This document shows, one piece after another, positions 50,482 to 61,388 of a DNA stretch of 64,000 nt. The notes below the pieces were generated by a model. The model saw only the letters and a program-made list of their open reading frames with translations, searched no databases and was not told where the DNA came from. The position numbers were made by a program, and so were the translations under genes. The first letter of the stretch is position 1, and each line of letters begins with the position of its first letter. The stretch comes from Candidatus Zhuqueibacterota bacterium (GTDB lineage Bacteria > Zhuqueibacterota > Zhuqueibacteria > Thermofontimicrobiales > Thermofontimicrobiaceae), in contig JAPDQM010000003.1 of NCBI GenBank assembly GCA_034505795.1, positions 12,557 through 76,556 on the forward strand, given 5' to 3'.

Positions 50482-50513
50482 AACCATGTATTCTGTAACC
50501 ACAAATCAGCGGG

Positions 50514-51233
50514 GTGAGCAACTTGAAAAAGACGAAAAAATTGCATGAGGGGCGGAGAAAAAAATTATATGCCACAACCGAAGCCGATCAATTGATCCTG
50601 GAATTCAAAGACGATCCTGCGGCGGGCGAAGGCACCAAAGCTGCGGCGGTCAAGGGCCGGGGTAGCATCGATAAAGACCTATCGGCCTATTTGTTCGACT
50701 ACCTGGAGGGATTTCACATTCCCACCCATTTGATCAAAAATCTCAATGCCAGAGATTTGCTGGTGCGTCGCCTGGAGATGATCCCAATGAAAGTGATGAT
50801 GTACAACATGATTGCTGGCAACCTGGATGAACGCTACGGCATTGATGCGAGCAAAGAGTTGAACTGTCCGGTCATGGAGTTTTATTTAAAAGATGAAAAG
50901 CGAAACGATCCCATGATCAATCAAAGCCATGTCATCGCCTTCAACCTCGCGACAGCCGACGAAGTGCACATGATCGAGCGCCTGACCTCAAAGATCAATG
51001 CCATACTGAAATCTTTTTTCCTCAGGCGCAAGCTGTTATTGGTGCACTTTACGGTTGAATTTGGGCGGTATAAGAACAAAATTGTGTTGGGCGATGAAAT
51101 TTCGCCAGCCACCTGCTATCTCTGGGATGCCATGAAAACGACGCAGATCGGCAAAGAACGATCGCGGCCGAACTATAACGAACTGGAATTGGACTACGAA
51201 GAGATCAAAAATCGTATTTTTTCCAAAGTGTAA
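50514..51233 (+). CDS. purC: phosphoribosylaminoimidazole-succinocarboxamide synthase (start uncertain: GTG 50514 or TTG 50541)
   Basis: KKLYATTEADQLILEFKDD...GKG..L...F. Confidence 0.85.
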   Translation: MSNLKKTKKLHEGRRKKLYATTEADQLILEFKDDPAAGEGTKAAAVKGRGSIDKDLSAYLFDYLEGFHIPTHLIKNLNARDLLVRRLEMIPMKVMMYNMIAGNLDERYGIDASKELNCPVMEFYLKDEKRNDPMINQSHVIAFNLATADEVHMIERLTSKINAILKSFFLRRKLLLVHFTVEFGRYKNKIVLGDEISPATCYLWDAMKTTQIGKERSRPNYNELELDYEEIKNRIFSKV

Positions 51234-51236
51234 TCC

Positions 51237-51268
51237 TTGGGCGGGTTCGCCTATTTTGTTTTGCGGCA
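51237..51268 (+). terminator. weak rho-independent terminator candidate after purC
   Basis: TGGGCG-GGTT-CGCCTA short hairpin followed by TTTTGTTTTG. Confidence 0.3.
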
Positions 51269-51433
51269 GCAATTTGCTACCCAACCGCAAGGCGACTTCA
51301 TGACCGCCGATTCGGGTTGTTCGATTCGCGTCAAGAATTGTGGATAATTATTGAACAATATGCTGTCGATAAATTGGCGACTGGCTGGGCGATGTCCTAT
51401 TGAATTTCATAGGCTACGGGAAAAATCAATGCG

Positions 51434-52171
51434 GTGCGGATAAGCCTGGCTGAAGCTATCAAGAGCAAATCATACGCTAGTAAATTTGTTATTCCTACTT
51501 TCTGCAAATTATTCGAGGTGAATGTGGCAAGAGAAGGTGTTCCGGTTATTTTATTATTGCTACTGGTGCTTCTGGTGCTGGCGGTCGGAGCGATAGTAAC
51601 TCACCAGCGGCTGCTATGGGGTCTCGTAGCAATTACGGGTGCATTCATTCTGTTTTCTGTCTATTTCTTTCGCGATCCTCATCGAATTGTTCCCGCGGGC
51701 GATAATCTGATCCTCGCTCCGGCTGATGGAAAAATCATCGTTATAGAAAAGGTAAATGAACCCGAGTTTTTTAAGGGAGAGGCATTGCAGGTCAGCATCT
51801 TTATGTCTGCATTCAATGTGCATGTCAATCGAGTGCCCATCACTGGACAGGTAGTATATTTTAATTATCGCAAAGGGGCCTATCACCCGGCATACAAGGA
51901 CGAAGCGAGTTTCTCCAATGAACAGAGTGCTATCGGAATTCAAAACGATAACATTCAAATTTTCATGAAGCAGATCGCCGGTATTTTTGCCAGGCGGATT
52001 GTCTGTCATCTTCGTGAAGGCCATAAGGTGAAAGCTGGCGAACGCTTCGGCATGATCAAATTTGGATCGCGCATAGACCTCTTTTTGCCAATTTCGGTGC
52101 AGTTGCAGGTTAAAATGGACCAAAAAGTAACTGCCGGCACAACCATAATTGGAACATATACAGCGAGATGA
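51434..52171 (+). CDS. psd: phosphatidylserine decarboxylase-family proenzyme (short type)
   Basis: LILAPADGKII, GERFGMIKFGSRIDLFLP. The true start may be downstream at GTG ~51521. Confidence 0.7.
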   Translation: MRISLAEAIKSKSYASKFVIPTFCKLFEVNVAREGVPVILLLLLVLLVLAVGAIVTHQRLLWGLVAITGAFILFSVYFFRDPHRIVPAGDNLILAPADGKIIVIEKVNEPEFFKGEALQVSIFMSAFNVHVNRVPITGQVVYFNYRKGAYHPAYKDEASFSNEQSAIGIQNDNIQIFMKQIAGIFARRIVCHLREGHKVKAGERFGMIKFGSRIDLFLPISVQLQVKMDQKVTAGTTIIGTYTAR

Positions 52172-52866
52172 AAAACAAGAAAAGTGTCATTCCCAATTTT
52201 TTTACTACTCTAAACATCTTCTGTGGTTTTCTGGCCATTATCAGTGCCCTCGATGGCAAACTAGTGACCGCGAGTTGGCTGATTTCGTTAGCTGCGGTGC
52301 TGGATTTATTGGATGGGCAGATGGCGCGACTGGTGGGAGGCGGCAGCAGCTTTGGTGTCGAATTCGATTCGCTGGCGGATGTCATATCGTTTGGGGCCGC
52401 GCCATCGGTGCTGCTGTTCAAACTGCATTTTAGCTCCATGGGCATTTTGGGGGTTGTCATCAGTTTCTTACCGCTGTTTTTTGGAAGCGTGCGCCTGGCT
52501 CGGTTCAATGTGCTGTATGGTGGCAAGGAAAAGACCAAATTTTCGGGATTGCCTATCCCCCATGCTGCGCTAAATATTGCGGCGTTCGTCATCTGGAACT
52601 ATCACTTTTGGGGTCAATTGCAACTAAGCCGAATTCTCATTCCCCAATTGCTGGTGGTATGCGTGCTAATGGTGAGCACCGTGGAATATTACACCATGCC
52701 CAAATTCACATTACGCCAGAGCAAGAAGAAACTACTAGGCATCGCATTGATGTTTCTGGCGGCGCTGATTTTGGCACTATATCCACAGGAAACATTTTAT
52801 CCATTGAGCTCCATTTACATTGTTTGGGGCGTTATCCGATATGTTTTTCGCCTGGTTCGCGGTTAG
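52168..52866 (+). CDS. pssA: CDP-diacylglycerol--serine O-phosphatidyltransferase
   Basis: CDP-OH phosphatidyltransferase motif (DLLDGQMARL...G...D..AD). Overlaps psd by 4 nt. Confidence 0.8.
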   Translation: MKNKKSVIPNFFTTLNIFCGFLAIISALDGKLVTASWLISLAAVLDLLDGQMARLVGGGSSFGVEFDSLADVISFGAAPSVLLFKLHFSSMGILGVVISFLPLFFGSVRLARFNVLYGGKEKTKFSGLPIPHAALNIAAFVIWNYHFWGQLQLSRILIPQLLVVCVLMVSTVEYYTMPKFTLRQSKKKLLGIALMFLAALILALYPQETFYPLSSIYIVWGVIRYVFRLVRG

Positions 52867-52984
52867 CCTGGCGGTGAATTTATGGCCTGATTTGAAAAAG
52901 TCATTGTCTTTTTGAAATATTTTCTGTATATTCATCTCAAGAAATGGCGCAATATCCCAAAATCAAATGGACTATTGTTGAACC

Positions 52985-53260
52985 ATGCGCAAAAAATCCT
53001 TAGCCTTTGTACTGGTGATTCTGTTTCTTGGCGCCATCATCGGCTCGGCATTGGCAGAGTTGCTCGCGTTGCTGCTGCCGGCTGGCGTGGTGCATGACTT
53101 TTTCTTGCGATCGGCGACAATCGGCTTTGATCCGTTTACCTTGAATCTTGGGATTATCAGTTTTACCCTGGGTTTTAAATTTATTCTGAATGTTATTGGC
53201 GTGGTCGGAATTGCTATAGCAGCCTATTTGCTCCGCTGGTATCACCGGGAACGGTATTAG
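52985..53260 (+). CDS. small membrane protein (DUF4321-like), upstream of tatA
   Basis: Two hydrophobic helices. Family assignment from memory only. Confidence 0.45.
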   Translation: MRKKSLAFVLVILFLGAIIGSALAELLALLLPAGVVHDFFLRSATIGFDPFTLNLGIISFTLGFKFILNVIGVVGIAIAAYLLRWYHRERY

Positions 53261-53571
53261 CGATATAAAATAGAATCGCAATTCAGTCACTGACCAATAA
53301 AATGCTTGTTCTCCCATGGTTGAACTGGAAATTGGCCGATTGATGTTGGTGCAACCCATCCGACGTAACGAGCATCTGGGTCTCAGATAATGAGAAGAAC
53401 ATATTTCAGCCGTTGCTGAGCGACAGCGCTGAAGGGAGCGGCAATTTAGGATGTTTTGCATTTTCAAATAATGAAGATTGTTAAATAAGCGATCATATTA
53501 TCAACACGCAGGAGTGGCGTTATATTTTGTATGAACCAGGCAATCAAAATGTTATAGGGAGGTGACGGTTT

Positions 53572-53760
53572 ATGTTCGGTGCAATTGGTACTCCCGAATT
53601 GATTATGATTTTTTTTGTGATTCTTTTGCTGTTTGGATCCAAGCGCTTGCCTGAGTTGGCAAGGGGCATCGGCAAGGGAATTCAGCAGTTTAGAAAAGCA
53701 ATGGAAGATGTCAAGGACGAAATCAATCTCAATGATATCGATCGGCAGTTGAGAGGATAG
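53572..53760 (+). CDS. tatA: twin-arginine translocase subunit TatA/E (copy 1)
   Basis: MFGAIGTPELIMIFFVILLLFGSKRLPELARGIGKGI. GGGAGG RBS. Confidence 0.8.
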   Translation: MFGAIGTPELIMIFFVILLLFGSKRLPELARGIGKGIQQFRKAMEDVKDEINLNDIDRQLRG

Positions 53761-53880
53761 CGGCCCGTCAGTCGCGTCATAGTAACAATTGGATGACCCA
53801 ACTCTCATGGCCCCAGTTGATTCATCCCTGACAAAAATTTTTTGCCAGAAGGCATTACTTGAAAATTATGGAGGCTGAAG

Positions 53881-54075
53881 ATGTTTGGATTAGGCATACA
53901 GGAACTGCTCATCATTTTTTTTATTATCATTCTGTTGTTTGGTGCCAAAAAATTGCCCGAATTGGCATCGGGATTGGGCAAGGGGATTCGAGAATTCAAG
54001 CGTGCCAGTCGCGGCGTGGATGAAGAAGAACCGAAAAAATTGGAAAATACCAAAACGGAAATTTCTCAATCGTGA
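53881..54075 (+). CDS. tatA: twin-arginine translocase subunit TatA/E (copy 2, may act as TatB)
   Basis: MFGLGIQELLIIFFIIILLFGAKKLPELASGLGKGIREF. GGAGG RBS. Confidence 0.8.
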   Translation: MFGLGIQELLIIFFIIILLFGAKKLPELASGLGKGIREFKRASRGVDEEEPKKLENTKTEISQS

Positions 54076-55535
54076 CCCATGGATTGAATGTAACGGCATT
54101 GGATTTTCATACCATCCACCCCCTGCTGCAGCAACAAAAGATAACCTGTCGTCAGCTAGTTGAGCACTGTTTAACCAAGATAAATGAAGGCATCGCGCTT
54201 AATGCCTTCATTTCTGTTTTTGCGACTCAAGCACTCCACAGAGCGGCGGTGATCGATGAAAAAATCCGCCAGGCCTGTGCCGGCCCCCTGGCGGGATTGG
54301 TAGTTGCGGTCAAAGATAATATTCTGGTCAAAGGCGAGCGAACAACCTGCGGCTCGAAAATGCTGTCCGGTTTCATCGCGCCTTACAATGCCACGGTTAT
54401 TGAACGCCTGGAGGCAGCCGATGCCATCATCATCGGAAAAACCAATATGGATGAGTTTGGCATGGGTTCATCCAATGAGAACTCATATTTTGGCGCTGTT
54501 CGTAATCCCTTTGATCAGTCACATGTAGCAGGTGGGTCATCTGGTGGATCGGCCGCCGCTGTTGCCGCTGGCATGTGTTTGGCAGCGCTGAGCTCTGATA
54601 CCGGCGGATCGGTGCGGCAGCCGGCAGCATTTTGTGGCATTGTCGGCTTAAAACCGACCTATGGTCGCGTCTCTCGCTATGGGCTGGTGGCTTATGCCTC
54701 ATCTTGTGATCAGATTGGCATCATGGCCCGTACAGTGACCGACACTGCTACCGTGCTCGAATGTATTGCCGGATATGATGAGCGAGATAGCACTGCTTTG
54801 GCTGAATCCGTTCCGTCATATTCGGAAGCCCTGGCAGCCCCGTTGGAGCGCCTAAGAATTGGCTTGCCAGCAGAATACCTGGGACCAGGCTTGAATCCTG
54901 AGGTGCGAGCCGGTGTTGAACGCTGCGTCGGACTATTGGAACAGGCCGGGACGGCGATCGTCCGCATTTCGCTGCCGCACACGGAATTTGCGGTTGCCGC
55001 TTACTATATTCTGGCTACGGCCGAAGCCTCATCTAACCTTGCTCGCTATGATGGGATACGCTATGGCTATCGAACCGCCCACAGCGCAAAGTGGGAGGAA
55101 ATGGTTGCGGATAGTCGTAGCGAGGGATTCGGCGAGGAGGTCAAACGCAGAATTATGTGGGGAACTTATGTGCTCTCGGCCGGTTATTACGATGCTTATT
55201 ATCGTAAGGCACAGCAAGTTCGCACACTCATTAAGTCAGATTTTAGCCGCGCCTTTGAGAAGTGCGATTGTATTTTAGCGCCTACCACGCCCACAACGGC
55301 ATTTGCACTCGGCGAAAAATTGGCTGATCCATTGGTCATGTATCTGTCGGATGTTTACACCGTGGCGGCAAACCTGGCGGGATTACCGGCGCTGGCCCTG
55401 CCTGTTGGCTTTGATTCGAGACACCTGCCAATAGGCATTCAGCTTTTAGTCAAACCTCTTCATGAACAGACAGCATTGCGAGTTGGCTATCGTCTGGAAC
55501 AACTCCTGACACATGCAAGCATCACATCACGCTGA
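54072..55535 (+). CDS. gatA: Asp-tRNA(Asn)/Glu-tRNA(Gln) amidotransferase subunit A (GTG start)
   Basis: Amidase signature [14 protein letters not shown] and KDNI. Confidence 0.9.
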   Translation: MTHGLNVTALDFHTIHPLLQQQKITCRQLVEHCLTKINEGIALNAFISVFATQALHRAAVIDEKIRQACAGPLAGLVVAVKDNILVKGERTTCGSKMLSGFIAPYNATVIERLEAADAIIIGKTNMDEFGMGSSNENSYFGAVRNPFDQSHVAGGSSGGSAAAVAAGMCLAALSSDTGGSVRQPAAFCGIVGLKPTYGRVSRYGLVAYASSCDQIGIMARTVTDTATVLECIAGYDERDSTALAESVPSYSEALAAPLERLRIGLPAEYLGPGLNPEVRAGVERCVGLLEQAGTAIVRISLPHTEFAVAAYYILATAEASSNLARYDGIRYGYRTAHSAKWEEMVADSRSEGFGEEVKRRIMWGTYVLSAGYYDAYYRKAQQVRTLIKSDFSRAFEKCDCILAPTTPTTAFALGEKLADPLVMYLSDVYTVAANLAGLPALALPVGFDSRHLPIGIQLLVKPLHEQTALRVGYRLEQLLTHASITSR

Positions 55536-55700
55536 AGCTTTTCTCCAATTACAAAAATATTGCTCGAATCCTTCGGTGCGAGTGTATTGCAAGTTGCGAT
55601 CAGTGTTCAAAAATCCTTGCTTAAAATATTCAGTTCTGGAGGAAAGTGCCTCACTTCGACACGTAGTGCAGCACGCTCGATGTAATTAGGAAGAATTTCG

Positions 55701-57161
55701 ATGAGTTTGATTCTGCACCCCATTATCGGGCTTGAGATTCATGCACGTCTTGCAACCCAAACGAAAATTTTTTGCTCCTGTCGTTCCGATTTTGGTGCGC
55801 CGCCCAATACGCATGTTTGTCCGATCTGCCTGGGCTTGCCCGGTGCCCTGCCGGTGCTGAATCGTCAGGCAGTCGCGATGGCCATAAAATTGGGTTTGTT
55901 TACAGGATGCCAGATCGCGACAACGGCGATCTTCGAGCGAAAAAATTACTTCTATCCGGATTTGCCGAAGGGTTATCAGATTTCACAATACGAATCGCCC
56001 CTTGGGCGCCATGGGGCGGTTGAAATCGAAGTTGGCGACAAGCGCAAAAGGATTGGCATACAGCGGATTCATCTGGAAGAAGATGCGGGGAAATCAATTC
56101 ATCAGGAAGATTGGCTGCCGCCAGATCAAACAATGATCGACCTTAATCGTTGCGGTGTGGCACTACTGGAAATTGTGAGCGAGCCGCAACTTCGTTCACC
56201 AGAGGAGGCGGTCAGCTACTTGAAGATGCTGCGTCAGATGCTGATCTATCTCGGAATTTGCGATGGCAATATGGAGGAGGGACATCTCCGTTGTGACGCC
56301 AATATCTCGCTTGCGGCGACAGGACACGCGCCAGCCCTTCCCAAGACTGAAATTAAAAATTTGAATTCTTTTCGTAGCGTTGCCAGAGCCCTACACTTTG
56401 AAATCGCCCGACAACGGGAGGCCATTTTGGCTGGCAAGCCGATCGTTGCAGCTACTTTGCTGTGGGATGCGCAAAAAAATATCGCGGTGCCCATGCGCGT
56501 CAAAGAAACGTCGCCTGACTATCGTTATTTTCCGGAGCCCGACCTAGTGCCCCTCCAGATTGATGCCGGCTGGTGCGAAGTATTACGCCAGCAACTGCCA
56601 GAGCTGCCGCTGGCGCGACGTGACCGTTTGATGCGGGAGCATGCGCTGTCGCCGACAATTGCCAACCAGCTTACAGAAGAGAAAGCGGTTGCCGAATATT
56701 TTGAGGCGGTGCTGGCACAATGTCCGCAACCACAAGTGGTAAGTAAATGGATCATTCAGGAATTATTACCCAGAACGCCGGTGCAGCGAGAAATTGCCAG
56801 CACGGCTCCAACTCCAGCGGCCATGGCCGAATTTTTGAATCTGGTGATCGAAAACAAATTGAAGCGATCGGTGGCGAAAGATATTTTCAATCAGATGCTG
56901 CAATCAGGCGGTTCAGCCAATGCGATTTATCAATCGTTGCGTCAGCCGCCAGCGATTGATCCAGAGGAATTGGATTTATTGGTGCGAAAGATCATTGATC
57001 AAAATCCAATGGCAGTCCGAGAATTCCTGGCTGGCAAAAGCAATCTGATACATTTTTTTATCGGTCAGGTACTTGCTGCCACAGGAGGCCGTGCCGATGC
57101 GCAAGAGGTGGAGCGACTGCTTCTGGCTAACATGCCGGCAACGGATTTTTCGAGAGGGTGA
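55701..57161 (+). CDS. gatB: Asp-tRNA(Asn)/Glu-tRNA(Gln) amidotransferase subunit B
   Basis: GLEIHARL.T.TKIFC, CDANIS, C-terminal GatB/YqeY domain. Confidence 0.9.
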   Translation: MSLILHPIIGLEIHARLATQTKIFCSCRSDFGAPPNTHVCPICLGLPGALPVLNRQAVAMAIKLGLFTGCQIATTAIFERKNYFYPDLPKGYQISQYESPLGRHGAVEIEVGDKRKRIGIQRIHLEEDAGKSIHQEDWLPPDQTMIDLNRCGVALLEIVSEPQLRSPEEAVSYLKMLRQMLIYLGICDGNMEEGHLRCDANISLAATGHAPALPKTEIKNLNSFRSVARALHFEIARQREAILAGKPIVAATLLWDAQKNIAVPMRVKETSPDYRYFPEPDLVPLQIDAGWCEVLRQQLPELPLARRDRLMREHALSPTIANQLTEEKAVAEYFEAVLAQCPQPQVVSKWIIQELLPRTPVQREIASTAPTPAAMAEFLNLVIENKLKRSVAKDIFNQMLQSGGSANAIYQSLRQPPAIDPEELDLLVRKIIDQNPMAVREFLAGKSNLIHFFIGQVLAATGGRADAQEVERLLLANMPATDFSRG

Positions 57162-57374
57162 GAAAAATCTTGACTTTTAGAACTTTTTCGGTTAAATTTG
57201 AATTCATTTTAGGGCTACCCATTGAACCTGGCCACGACATTAAGGCAATATTGGGGAAATTCTCACGAGAGGTGTGGCTGGCTTTTTTTCAATTCGCTGT
57301 CCGGATTAGCCAGAAATTTATCAAACGGAAACGATCAGAATAAGGCAGGCGAATATTTATAATCGGAGGCTGCG

Positions 57375-57869
57375 ATGAGGCCAAAAGAGATCAAGAAATT
57401 AATCGAATTTGTTGAGAAGAGCAACATCAATGAGCTAGAGGTCACGCGCTGGGGCAAAAAAGTGCGCATTGTGAAGTCATCTCGCAGCCAGGCGACAGTT
57501 GCCGCACCCGCGGAAGCCATGGCCGTGCCATCTATAGTGACCGTGCCAACTCCGCCGCCAGTGGTGCCCGTGAGTGCTGGTCCTGAGTCACCCCAGCCAC
57601 TTCCTGAAGCGAAACCCACTGCTGCCAACCTCATCGAAGTTCGGTCGCCCATGGTTGGAACTTTTTACCGGGCACCGGCGCCGGATGCCGATCCGTATGT
57701 TCAAGTGGGTGATATTGTGGCGCCCAATCAAGTGTTGTGCATTATTGAAGCTATGAAGTTGATGAACGAAATTGAATGCGAAGTTCGTGGTCGTGTGGCA
57801 GAAATATTAGTTGAAAACGCTCAGCCAGTGGAGTATAATCAGATCCTCTTTAGAATAGAAAAGCTATAA
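57375..57869 (+). CDS. accB: acetyl-CoA carboxylase biotin carboxyl carrier protein
   Basis: Pro/Ala-rich linker. Biotinyl motif CIIEAMKLMNEIE. Confidence 0.85.
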   Translation: MRPKEIKKLIEFVEKSNINELEVTRWGKKVRIVKSSRSQATVAAPAEAMAVPSIVTVPTPPPVVPVSAGPESPQPLPEAKPTAANLIEVRSPMVGTFYRAPAPDADPYVQVGDIVAPNQVLCIIEAMKLMNEIECEVRGRVAEILVENAQPVEYNQILFRIEKL

Positions 57870-57890
57870 TTTTTAACGACGGAGTTCATT

Positions 57891-59252
57891 TTGTTCAAAA
57901 AAATTCTCATTGCCAATCGTGGCGAAATCGCTTTGCGCATCATTCGTGCTTGTAAGGAATTGGGCATTGCGACGGTAGCGGTCTATTCTGAAGCGGATGA
58001 GAATTCACTTCATGTGCGATTTGCTGATGAAGTGGTCAAAATTGGTCCGGGGCCCAGTGCTGAAAGCTATTTAAAAATTCCCAACATTATCAGCGCGGCT
58101 GAGGTGACAAATGCCGAAGCGATTCATCCTGGTTATGGTTTTTTAGCTGAGAATGCCCAATTTGCCGAAATTTGCGAATCCTGCCGCATCAAATTTATTG
58201 GGCCGTCTGCGGAGATGATCGCCAATATGGGCGACAAAGCCTTTGCTAAAGCCAAGATGAAGAAGGCAGGTGTGCCCATCATTCCTGGCAGCAATGGAGT
58301 GGTAAATGACATTAAAGATGCTGAAAAGATAGCTGATGAAATTGGCTATCCGATTATTTTTAAAGCTACGGCCGGCGGCGGCGGTCGAGGCATGCGAGTC
58401 GTGGCTAATAAGAGTGAATTGGAAAAGGCCTTCATTACTGCCCGAACCGAGGCCAATGCTGCTTTCAACAATCCCGCTTTATATATTGAAAAATATTTTG
58501 AACATCCGCGGCATATCGAAGTACAAATTTTAGGCGACCGTTATGGCAATATCGTGGCCCTGGGAGAGCGGGAGTGTTCAATACAGCGGAAGCATCAAAA
58601 GCTGATCGAAGAATCGCCCTCGCCAGCAGTGACGGAGAAGATACGCAAGCGACTCATCGATGCCGCAATCAAAGGGGCTAAGCAGGTAAATTATGAAAGC
58701 GCTGGTACCATTGAATTTTTGCTGGATAGTGATGGTAAGTTCTATTTTATGGAGATGAACACCCGAATTCAGGTGGAGCATCCGGTGACCGAACAGGTGT
58801 TTGGTCTGGATCTATTGAAAAAGCAAATATTGATTGCGGCAGGAGAGAAACTGGATTCGTTGATCAAAGGTTTTAAATTGCGGGGTCATGCCATCGAATG
58901 CCGCATCAATGCCGAAGACCCGGATAAAAATTTTCGTCCTCATCCTGGCAAAATTGAGAGCTTTCATGTTCCCGGCGGGCCTGGCGTGCGGGTGGATACG
59001 CATGCGTATGCGCAATATGTCATTCCGCCGTTTTACGATTCGCTGATTGCCAAGGTCATCACCTCTGGCCGTGACCGAGCTGAAGCCATTCTTCGCATGC
59101 GACGCGCCTTGGATGAGTTCATTATCGAAGGGATCCCGACGACAATCTCGTTTCATCAAAAAGTAATGGCTGAAAAGAATTTTCAGGATGGTAACTTTGA
59201 CACCAAATATATTGAAAATCAATTCAAGCAAACCGAAAATCAGACAACCTAA
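57891..59252 (+). CDS. accC: acetyl-CoA carboxylase biotin carboxylase subunit
   Basis: [20 protein letters not shown]-grasp motifs, [14 protein letters not shown]. Confidence 0.9.
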   Translation: MFKKILIANRGEIALRIIRACKELGIATVAVYSEADENSLHVRFADEVVKIGPGPSAESYLKIPNIISAAEVTNAEAIHPGYGFLAENAQFAEICESCRIKFIGPSAEMIANMGDKAFAKAKMKKAGVPIIPGSNGVVNDIKDAEKIADEIGYPIIFKATAGGGGRGMRVVANKSELEKAFITARTEANAAFNNPALYIEKYFEHPRHIEVQILGDRYGNIVALGERECSIQRKHQKLIEESPSPAVTEKIRKRLIDAAIKGAKQVNYESAGTIEFLLDSDGKFYFMEMNTRIQVEHPVTEQVFGLDLLKKQILIAAGEKLDSLIKGFKLRGHAIECRINAEDPDKNFRPHPGKIESFHVPGGPGVRVDTHAYAQYVIPPFYDSLIAKVITSGRDRAEAILRMRRALDEFIIEGIPTTISFHQKVMAEKNFQDGNFDTKYIENQFKQTENQTT

Positions 59253-59270
59253 AAACTGGGAGAAACAAGA

Positions 59271-59654
59271 ATGGAAATACCGAAAGAACTGCTGTACACT
59301 GAGGAACATGAGTGGGTGCTGGTTGACGATACGAATAATATCGCAACGATTGGAATTACAGATTACGCGCAGGGCGAATTGGGGGATATCGTCTTTGTGG
59401 AATTGCCATCCGTAAATGACGAGGTCAAACAGATGGAGCCATTTGGTACGATTGAAGCCGTTAAAGCGGTCTCCGACCTTTTCTCTCCAGTATCGGGAGT
59501 GATTGTGGAGGTCAACACGCTGCTGCAGGAGCAACCAGAAACCATCAATCACGATCCTTATGATAAGGGCTGGATGATCAAAGTGCAAATGTCCAATCCT
59601 TCGGAGTTAGATGTTTTGATGGATGCTGAGGATTATAAGAAACACATTAGCTAA
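59271..59654 (+). CDS. gcvH: glycine cleavage system H protein
   Basis: EHEWV..., lipoyl-lysine motif IEAVKAVSDL. Confidence 0.9.
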   Translation: MEIPKELLYTEEHEWVLVDDTNNIATIGITDYAQGELGDIVFVELPSVNDEVKQMEPFGTIEAVKAVSDLFSPVSGVIVEVNTLLQEQPETINHDPYDKGWMIKVQMSNPSELDVLMDAEDYKKHIS

Positions 59655-59700
59655 CAATGGAATTGCTGCCCGAATTGGTTCCGAAATATTGGAGTTGAAT

Positions 59701-61044
59701 ATGCCATTTATTCCGAATACGGATGCTGATCGCAAGGCGATGCTGGAGCGAATCGGCGTTAAAAATTTTGAAGAACTGCTCGCCAATATACCATCAGAAT
59801 TGCGCTTCAAACGAGATTTTTCGTTGCCTGACCCCTTGTCGGAATTGGAGGTGCTGCGCGCAGTGCAATTGCGGACCCAATGCAACCGCAGCGTCGCCGA
59901 TGCCATCAGCTTTTTAGGAGGCGGTGCTTACGATCATTTTGTGCCCGCGGCAATTGGTCATATCTCATCCCGCTCCGAATTTTATACTGCCTACACTCCC
60001 TATCAGCCAGAGGTTAGCCAGGGCACGTTGCAAGTCATTTATGAATATCAATCCATGATTGCCGAGTTGCTGGGAATGGACGTATCTAACGCATCGCTGT
60101 ATGATGGCGGTTCCGCATTAGCTGAAGCAGCGCTGATGGCAGTAGCGGAAACCGGTAAAAAACGTATCCTGGTGTCACAGGGTGTGCATCCTCATTATCG
60201 TCAAATCATCAAGACTTACCTGCATGGCCAGCAAATCGAGACCCAATGGGTTGCGCTCGAGCAAGGCAGCACCAGTCTGGCGGATTTGAAAACCAAAATC
60301 GATCATCAGACGGCAGCGGTGATCATTCAGCATCCGAATTTTTTGGGTAATCTGGAGGAAGTTTTTGAAATTGCTCCGCTGGTGCATGAGCATCAGGCGC
60401 TGTTCGTGACTTCAACAGACCCAATTTCATTAGGAATTTTAGAGCCTCCGGGCAACTATGATGTTGATATCGCCACTGGCGAGGGGCAATGTCTGGGGAA
60501 CAGTTTGAATTATGGCGGACCCTACCTGGGCATCCTCGCCTCGCGGCTTAAATTCATTCGACGGATGCCAGGCCGGATTGCCGGAGCTACGGTAGATACC
60601 CAGGGCCGTCGTGGATTTGTGCTTACGTTTCAAACGCGAGAACAACACATCCGTCGGGAAAAGGCGACATCCAATATTTGCACCAATCAGGCATTGATAG
60701 CGCTAAACGCGACTGTTTATCTGGCGTTGCTGGGCAAGCGTGGGCTCCAGGAGGTCGCTAACCTATGTTTGCAAAATAGCCATTATCTGGCTGATGAAAT
60801 CCAAAAATTGAACGGCTTCCAGTTGGCGTTTCCAGCGCCATTTTTCAAGGAATTTGTCGTTACGACTCCCGTAGCGCCAGCCGAAATCATCGACAAATTG
60901 CTGCCCCACAATATTTACGCTGGCATCGACCTGTCGCCATTCGATTTTGGCTTGCAAAACGGATTGCTGATCGCAGTTACCGAGAAGCGCAGCAAGGAGG
61001 AAATGGATCAATTTGTGGAATCCCTAAAAATGTTCCAAAAATAA
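59701..61044 (+). CDS. gcvPA: glycine dehydrogenase (aminomethyl-transferring) subunit 1
   Basis: MPFIPNTDADRKAMLERIGV.... Start at ATG 59701 and not the track's 59623. Confidence 0.85.
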   Translation: MPFIPNTDADRKAMLERIGVKNFEELLANIPSELRFKRDFSLPDPLSELEVLRAVQLRTQCNRSVADAISFLGGGAYDHFVPAAIGHISSRSEFYTAYTPYQPEVSQGTLQVIYEYQSMIAELLGMDVSNASLYDGGSALAEAALMAVAETGKKRILVSQGVHPHYRQIIKTYLHGQQIETQWVALEQGSTSLADLKTKIDHQTAAVIIQHPNFLGNLEEVFEIAPLVHEHQALFVTSTDPISLGILEPPGNYDVDIATGEGQCLGNSLNYGGPYLGILASRLKFIRRMPGRIAGATVDTQGRRGFVLTFQTREQHIRREKATSNICTNQALIALNATVYLALLGKRGLQEVANLCLQNSHYLADEIQKLNGFQLAFPAPFFKEFVVTTPVAPAEIIDKLLPHNIYAGIDLSPFDFGLQNGLLIAVTEKRSKEEMDQFVESLKMFQK

Positions 61045-61388
61045 AATGATGCGATTAGAGGTGGCAAGGAACTTTTAAAATGGCATTGAGTTTCATAATA
61101 CGAATTGAGATTCAGCTACGCTTGACAACGAGGTTATGAACACGACATGGAGGCTGCCTATCAGGAAAGGTTCGTTAAAGGTTAGCAAAGAGATAATGAA
61201 ATAATTGAACGACGCGAAATACGTACCAGGCTATGCGAAAGTCAGTATCTCGACACCTTTTTCTGAATTTTCCTATAGTGGGTTAAATTCCGGATGGTTG
61301 AGGTGAACCTTTGTAAGTTGCGGGAGGGCTGACCTCTTTCATTCGGTTTTTTATTTTTAGACGTGACAAATTTTGGAGGATCTGGTTC

